From Octopus sinensis (lineage: Eukaryota), in contig NC_043005.1 in NCBI RefSeq assembly GCF_006345805.1, positions 15,376,001-15,440,000 on the forward strand: a DNA stretch of 64,000 bases. The letters run 5' to 3'. The notes below the pieces were generated by a model. It worked only from the letters and a program-made list of their open reading frames with translations, made no database searches and was not told where the DNA came from. Each line of letters starts with the position of its first letter. The stretch's first letter is position 1. The position numbers and the translations under genes are program-made. Shown here one piece after another: positions 38,491-52,044 of the stretch.

Positions 38491-39159
38491 ATCTCATCCG
38501 CCATTTTCTTGCACTTGTCCTGTCGCTTTGTTTATTTTTGTAATTTTCACCCCCAAAAGCCCCGTTTTTGGATACGGAGGTTCCGGAAAATTGCCAAAAA
38601 TCGGCATAGTAAAATCCAACCCTTTCCCCAAAACTTCTTCAATTTTGACTTTTTTCCCCAACACTAACCCTAACCGTAAAACTCTAACCCTAAAACCGTA
38701 ACCGTAAATACAGAAATGTTTTGAAATTTTTGTTCGAATCATGATGTCCGTATTTTTCAGCATATTTAGAAAAAAAATTTTACTAACATTTTTGGAAATT
38801 TTTTTCAGAATCATAATCTCTATATTTTCCCCGCATATTTTGAAAAAAAATTTGTGAAAAAAGTTAAAAATGAAGGAAATGGAGGTGGGGTGGGTGGTAA
38901 TGTAGTAATGTCGATTTTTGCCAATTGTTTGCAGAGGGTTTGTGTTGAATAAAAACAAGAAGACAATTTTTAAAAATGGTGGGGTTTATTTTGGAGGGTG
39001 GGGAGGGGCTTGCCGATTGAGTTAATCAAAGAACTGAATCTTCATTGTCGAACGACGGAGGTCTTACAATTTTCTTATGTGTTTGATTGTGTGTATGTAT
39101 GTATGTGAGTGTTTGTGTGTGTGTGGAGTGTTAGCGTATATATGTATGTATGTATGTAA

Positions 39160-39550
39160 GGGCGGAGGAACTCTTGAGTCAACGGCCATCCAATAAATGT
39201 CTTAGGGCTGTATCATGCGCGGGGACATAGAAATAATCGGACTGAATACCCGATCGCGCGGTTAAACCATTGGGAGTGAAGGACTCCTAGCCTTTGTTAG
39301 GGCATCCTTCTAGGAGAATGTAACTCAGGTAACTAGGATAGCTCCGACATAAAACCTGCGGCTCAGTGGTTACCGATGATGTTGACTTGTTCTTCTTTTC
39401 GGATTATGGCTGCTGTTGCTTAGTGAGTGGGATTGACTCAGTGCACAGCCTTTCCTCACTTAAAAAAAAATCTTCTTGCACAGGCATTGCACGATAACAA
39501 CATTGATTAAGCTTCGTGCAATGGCCATACTCGATAACGAGGGGGCAGCC
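39160..39550 (+). mobile_element. Probable RTE-clade LINE 5' UTR fragment
   Basis: gggcatccttctaggagaatgtaactc...taaaacctgc resembles RTE 5' UTR motifs (recall); GC- and CpG-rich; flanked by (TATG)n. Confidence 0.4.
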
Positions 39551-39553
39551 ACC

Positions 39554-39812
39554 ATGTATGTATGTATGTATGTATGTATGTATGTATGTATGTATGTATG
39601 TATGTATGTATGTATGTATGTATGTATGTATGTATGTATGTATGTATGTATGTGCGTGTGTTAGCGTATGTATGTATGTATGCATGTATGTATGTATTAT
39701 ATGCCTGTGTGCGTGTGTGTGTATATGTATGTATGTGTGTATGTATTTATGTGTGTGTGTGTGTGCGTGTGTATGTATGTATGTATGGATGGATGGATGG
39801 ATGGATGCATGA
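39554..39812. repeat. (TATG)n/(TG)n/(GGAT)n microsatellite
   Basis: Directly visible. Confidence 0.95.
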
Positions 39813-39825
39813 ATGCATGCATGTG

Positions 39826-40655
<830 letters not shown>

Positions 40656-40686
40656 TATATAGGAATGTGTCAGTGTGTGTGTGTGA

Positions 40687-40751
<65 letters not shown>

Positions 40752-42059
40752 TGTGTCCGTCTTCTCCCCTCTTTTTTTTTGTATGAAGCTATCAATGCCT
40801 TGTCTACTGCTATCACCGAGCCGAATCACCATGTTCTATTTTTCTGCTTCTTACTTAGCATTGCATACTTTGCAGCTTCTAGTTTTCCTCTTTCGTTTAT
40901 CCCTCTTTCATTATCTTTCATTCCTCTCTAACTCTCCTGCTATCTACACTTCTTTCACCTACCTTACTTCCTTTTGGTTTTCTCTGTTATGTCCTCTGCC
41001 TATCCCTCTTTGTTTCCGATACTCTGACCTTATTGACTTCTCATATCATGCACTCTCTCATACAGTAACCACTTCTTACTTCTCCTCGCCTGCTTTCGAG
41101 GCCTTATTTTCCTTCATTTCATTTAATTTAAGCAAGAAATCAAATTTTGTAGGGGCAGTTTAAATTACAGCCGAGACTACATATAGTTTTCTCTTTTATT
41201 AGCAATTCACTTCCCATAAATAAGACGTAATTACAAGTTTAAAAGAAAGTTTAAAAAAAATATGATTCTAAATATAAAGAAGATGGTTGTAATTTTGCAA
41301 ATGTGGATATTCTGTGTTAGACTGAGTGAAAGAAGTTGCCGAAATGTAGACCGAGCAATAATAATGAGAAGTTAAAGTAATCAAGGGAATAGAGAATGAT
41401 TAAGAAATGGAAAGAAACGGTCCTTGCTAAGAACAATTGTCACAAATTTCAGGTGTATATTGATGTCCGAATCCACCTTGAACCTTCAAAGCTAAAAAGA
41501 AGAGGTCTTCTGGAGATTAATATACACTTCACTTCAATGAATCTGAATACAATAATTTTGCTTCGATAATACGTGGACAACCATAGCAAAAGAAGCATAA
41601 TTCTGAACTGCAAAGACGACACTGTCAAATATATAATGAGACCTTTGGTTCGATTATGGTCAATAGAAATTTTGCGGTGTCATAACGTGTTTGATATTAA
41701 AATCATATATCAATGACAGTGTAGTGATGTGCAGAGAAAACGTTCACTGTCGTTACAAAAGTGAACCTAAACTCACCACTGACAAAAGGGTAGTCTTTTC
41801 TTTTATTTTGCTCAGGGTTCAGCAACGAGAAGCATGAATGTGCAGAACAGGGAAGTTATTATTCGTCAGTATATTGCTTGGCTGAACAGGGAAATTATTC
41901 CTTGTCTATATTGCTTGCCAACATCAGACAAGGTAAAGGCATGATATTACAATTGCTCCTTCGTGTACTGCCACCACACATTTCCCTGAAAGCCGTACAA
42001 CACCTTCTACTTTCAATCTTTTTTTGAACTCATGTACAATTGACGAATGCTTTCTCATT

Positions 42060-42400
42060 ACCAATAATTTGGGAAGCAGACAAATGATAGTCTAGGATGA
42101 TTGCAGAATGGCATAGAAAAGAGCTCGGAAACACTAGACAACACATTTTTTGGTGTATAACAAAAAATTTGAGATGATGTTGCCTGATGACTTCCGTCAG
42201 ACCTTGTCAGTAATCCCAAAAGGAACAAAAGCCAAATAAATACGTGCTTGCCTTAAATCGTCATCGCTTTGGATAAAAGTTAAAATCTTCAAACCATCTA
42301 AAAGCATAAATGTCCACCATTTTTGAGATTTGGTTAGTTTGTAAAAAGTTTGCGAGTGAAGATTTCCTTCCCATAAAAAGTGCACCATTAACGTAGCTCC
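42060..42400 (+). pseudogene. Decayed Helitron RepHel PIF1-like helicase fragment
   Basis: MIV*DDCRMA*KRA ... DDFRQTLSVIPKGTKAK*IRACLKSSSLWIKVKIF matches Helitron helicase motifs II-III (IWDE.TM; GDFRQ.LPVI..G; CLKSS.LW); many stops. Confidence 0.8.
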
Positions 42401-43527
42401 TTATAAACACAATGGTTTAGACAGTAGACGAATTTATATAGAAGGTATTCTCTAACCTGCAACCTTATTACCTAACACATAAATGACTACATTAGAATTA
42501 TACTCGCTTCTGTAGAGATTTGAACCCGAACCGCAAGATATCCACTTAAGGGTCACAAGTAAGCCACCACAGTCAGCGTGAAGCAGTGGCGTGATATGGT
42601 TCCTCGAATGATCTAAAAGTCATCTCCTTTCACACTATGAAAACCATATGGCACCTAACTCAGCCAGACAACCTCGTCAGACGGCTATAACCAAATGGCC
42701 GCGAGCATTCGCCCACACCAGCTTGGACACTTACAGAAGATAGACCGCTAAGACCAGACCACTTCGGGTTCTCGGACAGGCCACCGAGCAAGAGAGCCTT
42801 CTACAAGACACAGCGCAGTTCTCTCCTCCTAACTGGCAGTTATATTATCAGCATGATTCTCTCTTAGATAGTCAATGCAGTGAATCATATTCAGCAATCA
42901 ATGTGTTAAAAGTTAAAAGTTCGTGAGTGGCTTCACTTATACACGCATTCAGCTACATCATACGACGATGGTCTTCAAAAATACAACACACACCAGCAAG
43001 CAACTCCATAACAATGATAACAAAGCAACCTCGCAACGCGTCCAAGAAGGTTACTGTCAACAGTTTTAACGACCAGCCGTTGCAGGGACGCCAGGGGAAA
43101 AAAAAGTCACACCTACAAGTCATACCTTACAACTTTTCCCCTGAAAATGCCTGCTGTGGATCAGGAAGGAATAATTCACTATTTTGTAGAATTTAAAATT
43201 CCTTAGAACTTTCACAGTCTCGTTTGACATCACTACCGGGTACTTAGTTATCTTTAGATGTGTTCTTTAGCCAATATTCAGAACAGGTCTCTGCCTGCAG
43301 ATAAGAAAAGAGAACTTCCATTTTCTCACCAATCTCAAAGATCACGGGGGAAAAAAAAAGGCCAAAAATAAATGTTCGCTGTCTTTCCCTCTTTGAATAA
43401 GGCCCCTTCCTCTTCAGTTATCTCAAAACTACCTTGTTAACATTGTTTTCGAATGAACCTACAAAGTCAACGTAAAAGGGAATAAAATGTGATATTTTAT
43501 GGTAAGAATTGGAACGAAATACCATCA

Positions 43528-43950
43528 GGCGGCGAGCTGGCAGAAACGTTAGCACACCGGGCGAAATGCTTAGCGGTATTTCGTCTGCCGTTACGTTGTG
43601 AGTTCAAATTCCGCCGAGGTCGACTTTGCCTTTCATCCTTTCGGGGTCGACAAATTAAGTACCAGTTACGCACTGGGGTCAATGTAATCGACTTAATACC
43701 TATGTCTGTCCTTGTTTGTCCCCTCTGTGTTTAGCCCCTTGTGGGTAATAAAGAAATAGGTATTTCGTCTGCTGCTACGTTCTGAGTTCAAATTCCGCCG
43801 AGGTCGACTTTGCCTTTCATCCTTTCGGGGTCGATAAATTAAGTACCAGTTACGCACTGTGGTCGGTGTAATCGACTTAATACCTATGTCTGTCCTTGTT
43901 TGTCCCCTCTATGTTTAGCCCCTTGTGGGTAATAAAGGAATAGGTATTTA
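43528..43950 (+). mobile_element. SINE family 2 with a tandem duplication of its body
   Basis: Two ~205-bp units from gtatttcgtctg at ~43577 and ~43760. Confidence 0.88.
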
Positions 43951-44242
43951 GTTACAACCTTTTGCGCTCAAATTCCACAGAGGTAAACTTCACTCTTCAT
44001 CGTTCAGAGCTTAATAAAATAAAGTAGTCATCAAGTACGGGATCGGGACAAATAAACTGTGACAAATTATTTTTTTATTACTAAATCGAAGGATCTGTAC
44101 CAAAATTAGAAATCAATTTTCTTACTAATAAAAGACAAGTCAACTTTGCCTTTCACCCTTCAGAAGTAGGTAAATAAAGTACCAGTTTGTACTGAAGTTG
44201 ATTTATATTCCAATAAGACGTCCTACATGTCAGTGTAATTAA

Positions 44243-44642
44243 TCTTTATATATAAAAGTGAAGTTGTGTGTCTGTCTCCTACGATTTAGATTCCTAACTA
44301 CTCCCACATTTTGCGATGCAGTGTAACCAAAAGCAGGTATCTTATAGTCGTGATTCATATCGAGCCCTTCTGGGTATTAGCGCGCGTCTACGATGAGTCT
44401 ACGGTTAAAAAAAAAATTTACCATAAATTTTTCCCATTTTTTAATGTATTTTTTTGCTATTATATAAGGGAAGTAACTCTCTAAAAATGTATTATTAAAT
44501 CTCAGAACGTAAAAAGCTACAGTAACACCCCCCCCCCTTTGTGGTTAACCATATTGAGATGGCTATTATACTTTACAACTCTAAAAATGCTTATATAGTT
44601 ATTTCCCTTACAAATCCGAGCAACGCCGGGCGATACTGCTAG
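44243..44642 (+). mobile_element. Non-autonomous Helitron ending 227 bp upstream of the MOB4 ATG
   Basis: A|TC at 44243, hairpin, CTAG|T at 44639-44642. Confidence 0.9.
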
Positions 44643-44699
44643 TTCTTAATAGTAGAAGATTAATAGAATCTGGTCTCAAAAAAAAAAAAGAAAAAGAAA

Positions 44700-44868
44700 A
44701 ACAGATAGAGAAAAGAACCGAAAAGCATGAAAACACTATATCCCAGAGTTAACTCCCCCTCGTTGATGTTGTATGAGGTCGCTGCTATCGTTTACTTAGT
44801 CACGACTCAAGTAAGACGACAGCAGCGACATCTTTATATTCAACAACTGAAATAAAAATCTTTCAATC
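44700..44868 (+). promoter_or_regulatory. Probable MOB4 core promoter / 5' UTR
   Basis: Unique, CpG-retaining sequence directly upstream of the MOB4 ATG. The TSS cannot be determined from sequence. Confidence 0.5.
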
Positions 44869-44928
44869 ATGAAAATGGCTGATACTCCGGCAGTTGTTCG
44901 TCGCAATCGACCTGGCACAAAATTTGAG
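44869..44928 (+). CDS. MOB4: MOB4/phocein coding exon 1 ([20 protein letters not shown])
   Basis: ATG at 44869; 60 nt, then a GTATTT donor. The RRNRPGTK motif matches the MOB4 N-terminus (human [20 protein letters not shown], from recall). CpG-rich flanks. Confidence 0.92.
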
Positions 44929-45567
44929 GTATTTAACAACAAAACAAACACTAACAATCCTAACATCCGTCTTTCTCTCTTATCATTCTGTCGATTCTTC
45001 TTATTTTGATGACCCCTTCTTTTTATGTAAGGGAACAGGTTTACGCCTTTTTTTTTGCTCCCTCTCGACTTCTTTTACAGAAGCGATCGCTCGGTCGGTC
45101 TGCTAGAAATAGCTACCAAATTCATTCCATTCTTTCAAATCATATCCTGGTGCTTTAAAGAAGAAGAAAATTGAGTAATGTAGTCGTATATATGCTACTC
45201 CTAGAACGAAAACGAAATGGTCAATCACCAGTGGAACGCATTTGACCATCAGATCTGTCAAGAGTTGACCTGTGTCTTAACAACAACAACGTTAGAATTT
45301 TTTTAATGTCTGTCTTTGACAACTGTTTTTGCCTGTTCAAGCAAGATCCAGCTAGATCTTCGCATTTGTTTTTATTCGCTTCCTTTATAAAGCAAAATTT
45401 TTCTTTTTCTTTATATATATATTAATAAATAAAACATATGCATATATATATACATATATGTACGTACCAACCTCTACATGTATATATACACGCATATATG
45501 AGTACAGGACACCAAAAAAACGTCGAACACAATGAGAAACGAAAACATAGACACTACCCAAGGAACT

Positions 45568-45626
<59 letters not shown>

Positions 45627-46104
45627 CAGATTGAAATCATAGCTTACTTAACTAAGAACAGAAACGGAACACTTCCAGGTATTTATTTAGATACGATCTT
45701 TTCGGCTTAAACCCCACAGAGGTCAGCTTTAGTTTTTATCGTTCCGTAAACTCTGCCCCTCCCACAAATTTGGGGGCAGTTAGGGAGTTAGTTAAAACTG
45801 AATAATGTACAGAAGGCATGAAACGAAGTTTAGTACCTCCCTTCCTATCACGAAGACATCTTAGATGTGAATGGAATTATAACAGAAAAATGTCTGTATA
45901 TTGGTTATTTATTTTTGATCTATCACCCGGAAAGGATTGCAGGAAGAATCTATCCTTGTACGACACCGTGCCTCGGAATTTCCAATTTTATCAGTTCGCT
46001 TGTTAAAATTTCTTAAAAAAACAACAAAAAAACCGTTTCAACTACCACGGAATTATTTTTGTTTACTTTTGTCCCCAGTAATTGCTTTAGTATCAGTCTC
46101 TATA

Positions 46105-47640
46105 TACGAGAGTGGGCTGAAAAGTTCATAGGTCGACTATGAAGCAGCGATGCTAGCGCTGCGAAATCTTGTCTGCATTAATTTCAACTATTCTGTTTCT
46201 TTACAGGTAAACTGACATCTGACTGTTTAAAGAAGACTTCAAAAGTAACTAGTAGCGAACCTCTCTTGAAAACGGACACATATACGCACACAGATACACA
46301 ACCACACACGCACATGAATGACAAGCTTCCACACAGTTTCAGTCTACCAAATTGTATAACATTGGTTGACCCGATAATGTACAGAGGGACTAAACTCAGA
46401 ACCACGTGTTGTTAAACGAGATTCTTAACGATGCATCCATATCTGCATCTACGAGGAGTGGGGCTGAAAAAGTTCACAGGCTGACTATGGAGGAGTGATG
46501 CTAGAGCTGTGGAATCTTGCATGCATTAATTTCAGATTTTTTTAATTTGTAATTGCATTGCTCCTTTTCAAGTAAACTGACTTCTGACTGTTCAAAGAAG
46601 ACTTCAAGTGTAACTTGTAATGACTTCTCTTGAAATGGACAAAATTTAGCATCATGGCATTATCAAATACCTGCCAAAGGGTTTAGTTCCCAAAGACATT
46701 TGTGCTGATAAGGTTGCTATATTAGGGGGATGACACTTCAGTTTTATCAACAGTGCAAAGTGGGCAACTGAATTTAAGAGGGGAAGGGAAGTCTTGAAGA
46801 TGACCCAAAGTCTGACGTCCTTCAACTGCTACCACTGAGGAAAACCTTGATATGTTTACCTATGGTAATCGGCTATAAATCAAATAGCCAGTGTTATTAG
46901 TCTATCCCACAAGAGAGTTGAAAATATTCTGCACGATGAACTTGGCATGATGAAGGTTTCTGCTCAGTGGGTACCATTTCTTCTCACACCTGATCAAAAG
47001 TGTACCTGACTGATTGCATCATGAGAAAATCTGACTTTGTTTCAGGCAGATCCAGCTGGTTCTCTTGAATGTTTCCTAACTAGGATGAATGTTGAGTTCA
47101 TCACTTTGAGCCAGAGACAATCCATGCTGTCAAAACCCCTCCTCACCTGCTCCAAAGAAGGCCAAGATCATTTCATTTGCAGAGAAGGTGATGGGCCTCA
47201 GTTTTTGGGATGCAAAAGGTATTGCGTTTGTTGATTTATTTTCAGAAAGGCTACATCATCACAAGAGAGTAGTATGCCAACTTGCTGAGACAATTATGAA
47301 AGGCTATCAAGACCAAATGTTCAGGAAAATTGATGAAAGGGGTCATGTTTCATCAGGACAATGCTCCAGTATGCAAGTCCTTATGTTCAATGACTGTGGC
47401 TTTGAACTGGTTGATCACCTTCCCCATTCTCCTGATTTGGCTCCATCTGACTATCATCTCTTCCCCAGCATGAAAAAAAAAATTGCTGGGAGTTAGTATT
47501 GCACTTATGAAGATGTCATATCTGCTGCTGATGACCTTTTTGGTCATCTGGATGAAGCTTCATCAGTGGGATCCAAGCACTGCAATACCAATGGAAGAAG
47601 TTTGTGGACTGCAAGGGCATTATGTTGGAAAGTAAATCTC
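46105..47640 (+). mobile_element. Decayed mariner (DD34D-type) at 46450-47640 plus a separate 5' fragment at 46105-46275, in MOB4 intron 1
   Basis: TACGAG..GGGCTGAAAAGTTC TIR-like starts; WVP, HQDNAP and HSPDLAPSDYHLFPSMKK motifs; many frameshifts. Confidence 0.88.
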
Positions 47641-48334
47641 ATTGTTTGGAATTTTCTTAATGTACTTGACTGAAAGTATCCAGAAATATTTTTGGAAATA
47701 GTATTGCACTATATTTCTAATTTTATTAATAATTAATGTCTAGTTGAGAAAACTATACTGGAAAGACCTTATGTTCAAAAGAGTGAAGTTGATTTTATTA
47801 ATCCTGAAAAAAAAAATGAAAGGTAAAGTTGGTCTTGGCAGGAATTGAACTCAAAACATAAAGGAATGTAGTTAAATGCTGCAAGGTATTAAGTCCAATT
47901 CTCTCCTATGAGAAACATTTCCAACATTGGCACACACTATAAATTTGTAGGGAAGGGGTATAACCTTTGTGACAAGTTTTTCTTTAGGTTTCTTTTCTAT
48001 GCACATGGTGGTATTTTTTAACCATCATAACCAAAGTTTGTATATAATCTGCTTCATAGTGATGCTGTTGATTATCCTTAAGTTAGAACTGTGTACTTTG
48101 GTGCTCCACCTGAACATTAATCATTGATACTTTCAGCCAATCTAGTCAAGCTAGTGTACCTACTTTCACTCTATTTCCTTTATTGTTGTATCTGATGTCT
48201 GACACATAGTAGAATGCAGGTATTTATATATGTAAGAATTAAGTTAATTACTGCTACAATCAGGTTTCTCTGTCATGCTAGTGTAGACTATCCTTAAGTC
48301 AACCATAACCACCTTGTTTATATATATGTGACCG

Positions 48335-48525
48335 TGTGTGTACTGTTGGCGATTTTTTTTTCCTCTGTCTTCCCTTCTCTGGGTCTTTCCTTCTCCTATG
48401 TTTCCGACGAAGAGCTCCGCTCGAAACGTTAAACCCTCCTTCTTTCCTGAGTGTCCAATAATACTATATTTGTTCCACGTCCTCGCGTTGTGTTTTTTTG
48501 TGCTTTCTTGTTTGGATTAACTTTA
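48335..48525 (+). mobile_element. Monomer of the 11.7-12.5 kb Penelope-like family (MOB4 sense orientation)
   Basis: Reverse complement of the tandem unit; motif tgtttccgacgaagagctccgctcgaaacgttaaac at 48399-48434. Confidence 0.85.
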
Positions 48526-48849
48526 TATATATAGAGAGAGAGAGAGCGAGAGAGAGAATAATGTTGTCCAATGTGCCCTATTTTTAAAATGGCAAAGTGT
48601 AATTTGAGGAAGATTCGGTTGTTATTTCCTGCATGTCGATTGACTGCATAGATTCTTCATTAGTTTATGCTTCATAATGAAATATTTAATGGTGTATTTT
48701 GAATTAATAAAAAGCTCCTTGTTACCTTCCCCACTAACCCCAGTAAACATTGGACATTGTAGCATGCAGATGTTTAACTGGAGGTCAATTCTGATTCAGC
48801 AGGTTTATAATCAAAAACATTCCAACTGTGGTTGTTTCATTTTTAGGGC

Positions 48850-49232
48850 TCTTTTACTTGTTTCAGTCATTTGACTGCGGCCATGCTGGAGCACCGCCTT
48901 TAGTCGAGCAAATCGACCCCGGGACTTATTCATTGTAAGCCTTGTACTTATTCTATCGGTCTCTTCTTGCCGAACCGCTAAGTGACGGGGACGTAAGCAC
49001 ACCAGCATCGGTTGTCAAGCGATGTTGGGGGGACAAACACGTACATATACATATATATACATATATACGACAGGCTTCTTTCAGTTTTCGTCTACCAAAT
49101 CCACTCACAAGGCATTGGTCGGCCCGGGGCTATAGCAGAAGACACTTGCCCAAGATGCCGTGCAGTGGGACTGAACCTGGAACCATGTGGCTGGTTAGCA
49201 AGCTACTTACCACACAGCCACTCCTGCGCCTA
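48850..49232 (-). mobile_element. SINE family 1, full length
   Basis: Reverse complement of the 281-663 structure. Confidence 0.85.
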
Positions 49233-49399
49233 TGTATGATTAAATTATCTAATAAGTATTTTCCTTATTTAAGATGGTAGGATGTTATTTGAAAAAGAAT
49301 TGGCTGCTATTTCTGCCAGATCATGTAACCATGTAGAAAATCCATCAATAGCCGAACCTGCAGAAATTGAAATTAAAAAGCATATAAATCCCTTCTGTC

Positions 49400-52000
49400 A
49401 TCATCATCTATCCATCTTCCTTGCTGGCTTGTGTTAAATGATTTGACAGGATTTGATGAATGGAAACACTCTTGTGCTCCATTGTCTGTTTTGGCATGAT
49501 TCTACAGTTGAATGCCCTTCCTAATGCCATCTGTTTTACAGAGTGTACTGGGTGCTTTTTTTGTGACACTAATATTAGATTGCTTTGCAGCTTGCAAGAG
49601 TATTGGTCTAAAGTGCCCCCTCTCCATAACTGAAGGAGACTAGAAGAGATAGGATGCAACATTTCTAGGTGGGGTTGATGATAGGGAATAAAGTCAGGTG
49701 ATAGGAATAGATTTATAGTTGTGAGAGAATAACAGAATACATACTATTGGGGAGGGTGTAATACAGGGTACTGGGGAATGGGAAAAGATTACTGTCATGG
49801 GTTATTGAAAATGAGAGGGACAGTAGAAAGGTTATAAGGTAGTTCGTGTAGAGGAGAAGATCCAGGGCTATTCTACGTTATAAAGGTGGATATTGACAAG
49901 ATGTGAGGAAAAGGGGATAAAGAAAGGAAAATAGGTGAGGGAGGTAAGGAATCTTGAGAGAGTCATTAAAGGTAAGAGAGGTGTGTGGGTAGCTTAGAGA
50001 GGGAGAAATGAGAAGGTAGAGATGCTGTGGTTAGAGGACAGTGAGAGAAGAAAAAATGAGGCTGAGTATAGTATTGGGTAAGTAGAGTGAGAATAATGGA
50101 AAAGGCTGGAAGGAGCCATAGAAATGTGTGGGTGGGAGAGCAGTGTGAATGCAGAGAAAGCATCTCAGGTGGGTAGTTTGTCATAAAAGGTCAATGAGAG
50201 ATTGGAAGGCTGGAGAGCACCCTAGAGGTGTGAAGGCAATTAGTGTGATAAAGGCAAGAGTAGATGTTGGATGTCAATAGAGGTAATTCAAGAGAGAGTG
50301 TACTGGTTGGAAGTACAGCAGGACAAGTATAATGATGAAGTTAAAGTGTATTGGGTAGGTGAGGGTGAGGTGGATCTAAGAGAAGGATGAAGGGTCAGAG
50401 TGAAGTGAACTGGATAATGAAGATGCAGTCAGGAGGAGGGTGGGAAGATACAAAGTGAAGGCATAAGGTGGGCTTGGCAAAGAATAAATATATGATATCA
50501 TGGCAGCTAAGACACTAGTCTCGTGTCTAGGTATGTTTGGTCATGGGTGGACTGGTCTCCTGTGGCACTACATATATCCAGTTAGTATGGCCTTCTGTCA
50601 TCTCCTTTGTGAGATGCAGCATTTTCTGGTCAACCTTCACTACCCTGTCCAAAGTCTTTCTCAGTCTCTCTCTTCCACAAGTTCCACTAACTTTGAGCAG
50701 TTGGAACTTTTGTATACAACAGTTAACTTCTGTATGCATCACATCCTCATACTAGTACAGCCTCCACTCATGCATGCCATACATAATTTCTCTTATACCC
50801 AGTTTTTCTCTTATCTCATTTTTACTCTAGTGTTCATGCATATTAACATTACACATCCATTGGAGCATGATTCCTTTCTTTTCTTCACAAGTTTTCTGCA
50901 TTCAAAGCCCATATCCTGTTACTATGTGGCATCTCAGTTCTAACAAGTATTATACAATCTGTCCTTCACTCTTTGGAAAAAGACTTATGTTGTTCCTTGA
51001 ACTTTTCCAAATCCATTCTTACTCTTGTTACTATATTTTCAGAACAACTACCTCCCTTATTAATTGTCTCTTTGGTAACAAGCTATCAAATACTTTTAGT
51101 GAGCCATTTAGGTATTGAAGAAAATTTATTTTTCAGTTTGCTCATAGTACATATTGCTACAAAGCTTACATTCTCTTTTAGCTTGTCTGTGATTCCGCTA
51201 CATCTCTTGTGCATCCATAGTTTACATTGGATACAACATATGGATTTTGTACCTATACCATTTTGCATATCGAGCAAGGCCTTTCCCTGACAATACCAGG
51301 ATCCTGTTTTTCCTACTTACTGACATCTTAGCCTTTAAGTTTACCTTGAGGCCTCTCAATTCCAGGTTTACTTTTCATGCCTGGAATTTCTTTTTTAATT
51401 CTACTATAGATTCAGCATGTAGGGGCTCCCAGACAACCAGTCCTAAACTCTGTGATGGTCAAAAGACTTTGATGAATAGGAAAAGAGCTTTGATGGACAC
51501 CTACCTTCACTCTAAATTCATCACTGAAATCGTTGAGTTTTACTTTACTTTTGCATCTTTTTATGTATCTTGTACAACCCTCACAAGCCATTTATCAACT
51601 TCCTTAGTGATCACCATATTACTGAATGTAGTACCCTGCTAAAGCCTTCTCCAAGTCAACAAATGCCAAGTATTCCTCCTGCAGTTGCCTCACTATTGCG
51701 TCTATGATACTTCTAGTGAGCATGAAGCTAAACTGCATCTCATCTAAGCTTACTCTGTTACAAATCAATTGTTCTATGATTCTCTTCATGACATTCCAAT
51801 AGTTTAATTCTTCTATAACTTTTCTCTTAGGGCTCTCCTTTACCTTTGTAGCAGTTTACAATGATGTATTTATATCAGTTGTCAGATATGACACTTTCCT
51901 TGATACTTGATTAACTATCTCAATAGTTATTATGAATCCCACCTCACCAGATATTTTGAACAACTGCCCTGAAGACCCAGCAATTTTTTCCCACTTTGTA
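49400..52000 (-). mobile_element. Old ~2.6-kb RTE-clade LINE relic
   Basis: On -: RT segments (CIQCKLWMHKRCSGIT Cys-rich insert; GRERLRKTLDRVVKVD), then a pyrimidine-rich 3' UTR and the shared tail; the same order as at 62330-63660 on +. Confidence 0.7.
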
Positions 52001-52044
52001 TCCTTAGTTTCTTTTATCTACCACATTTCCATCAACTTGAATTT

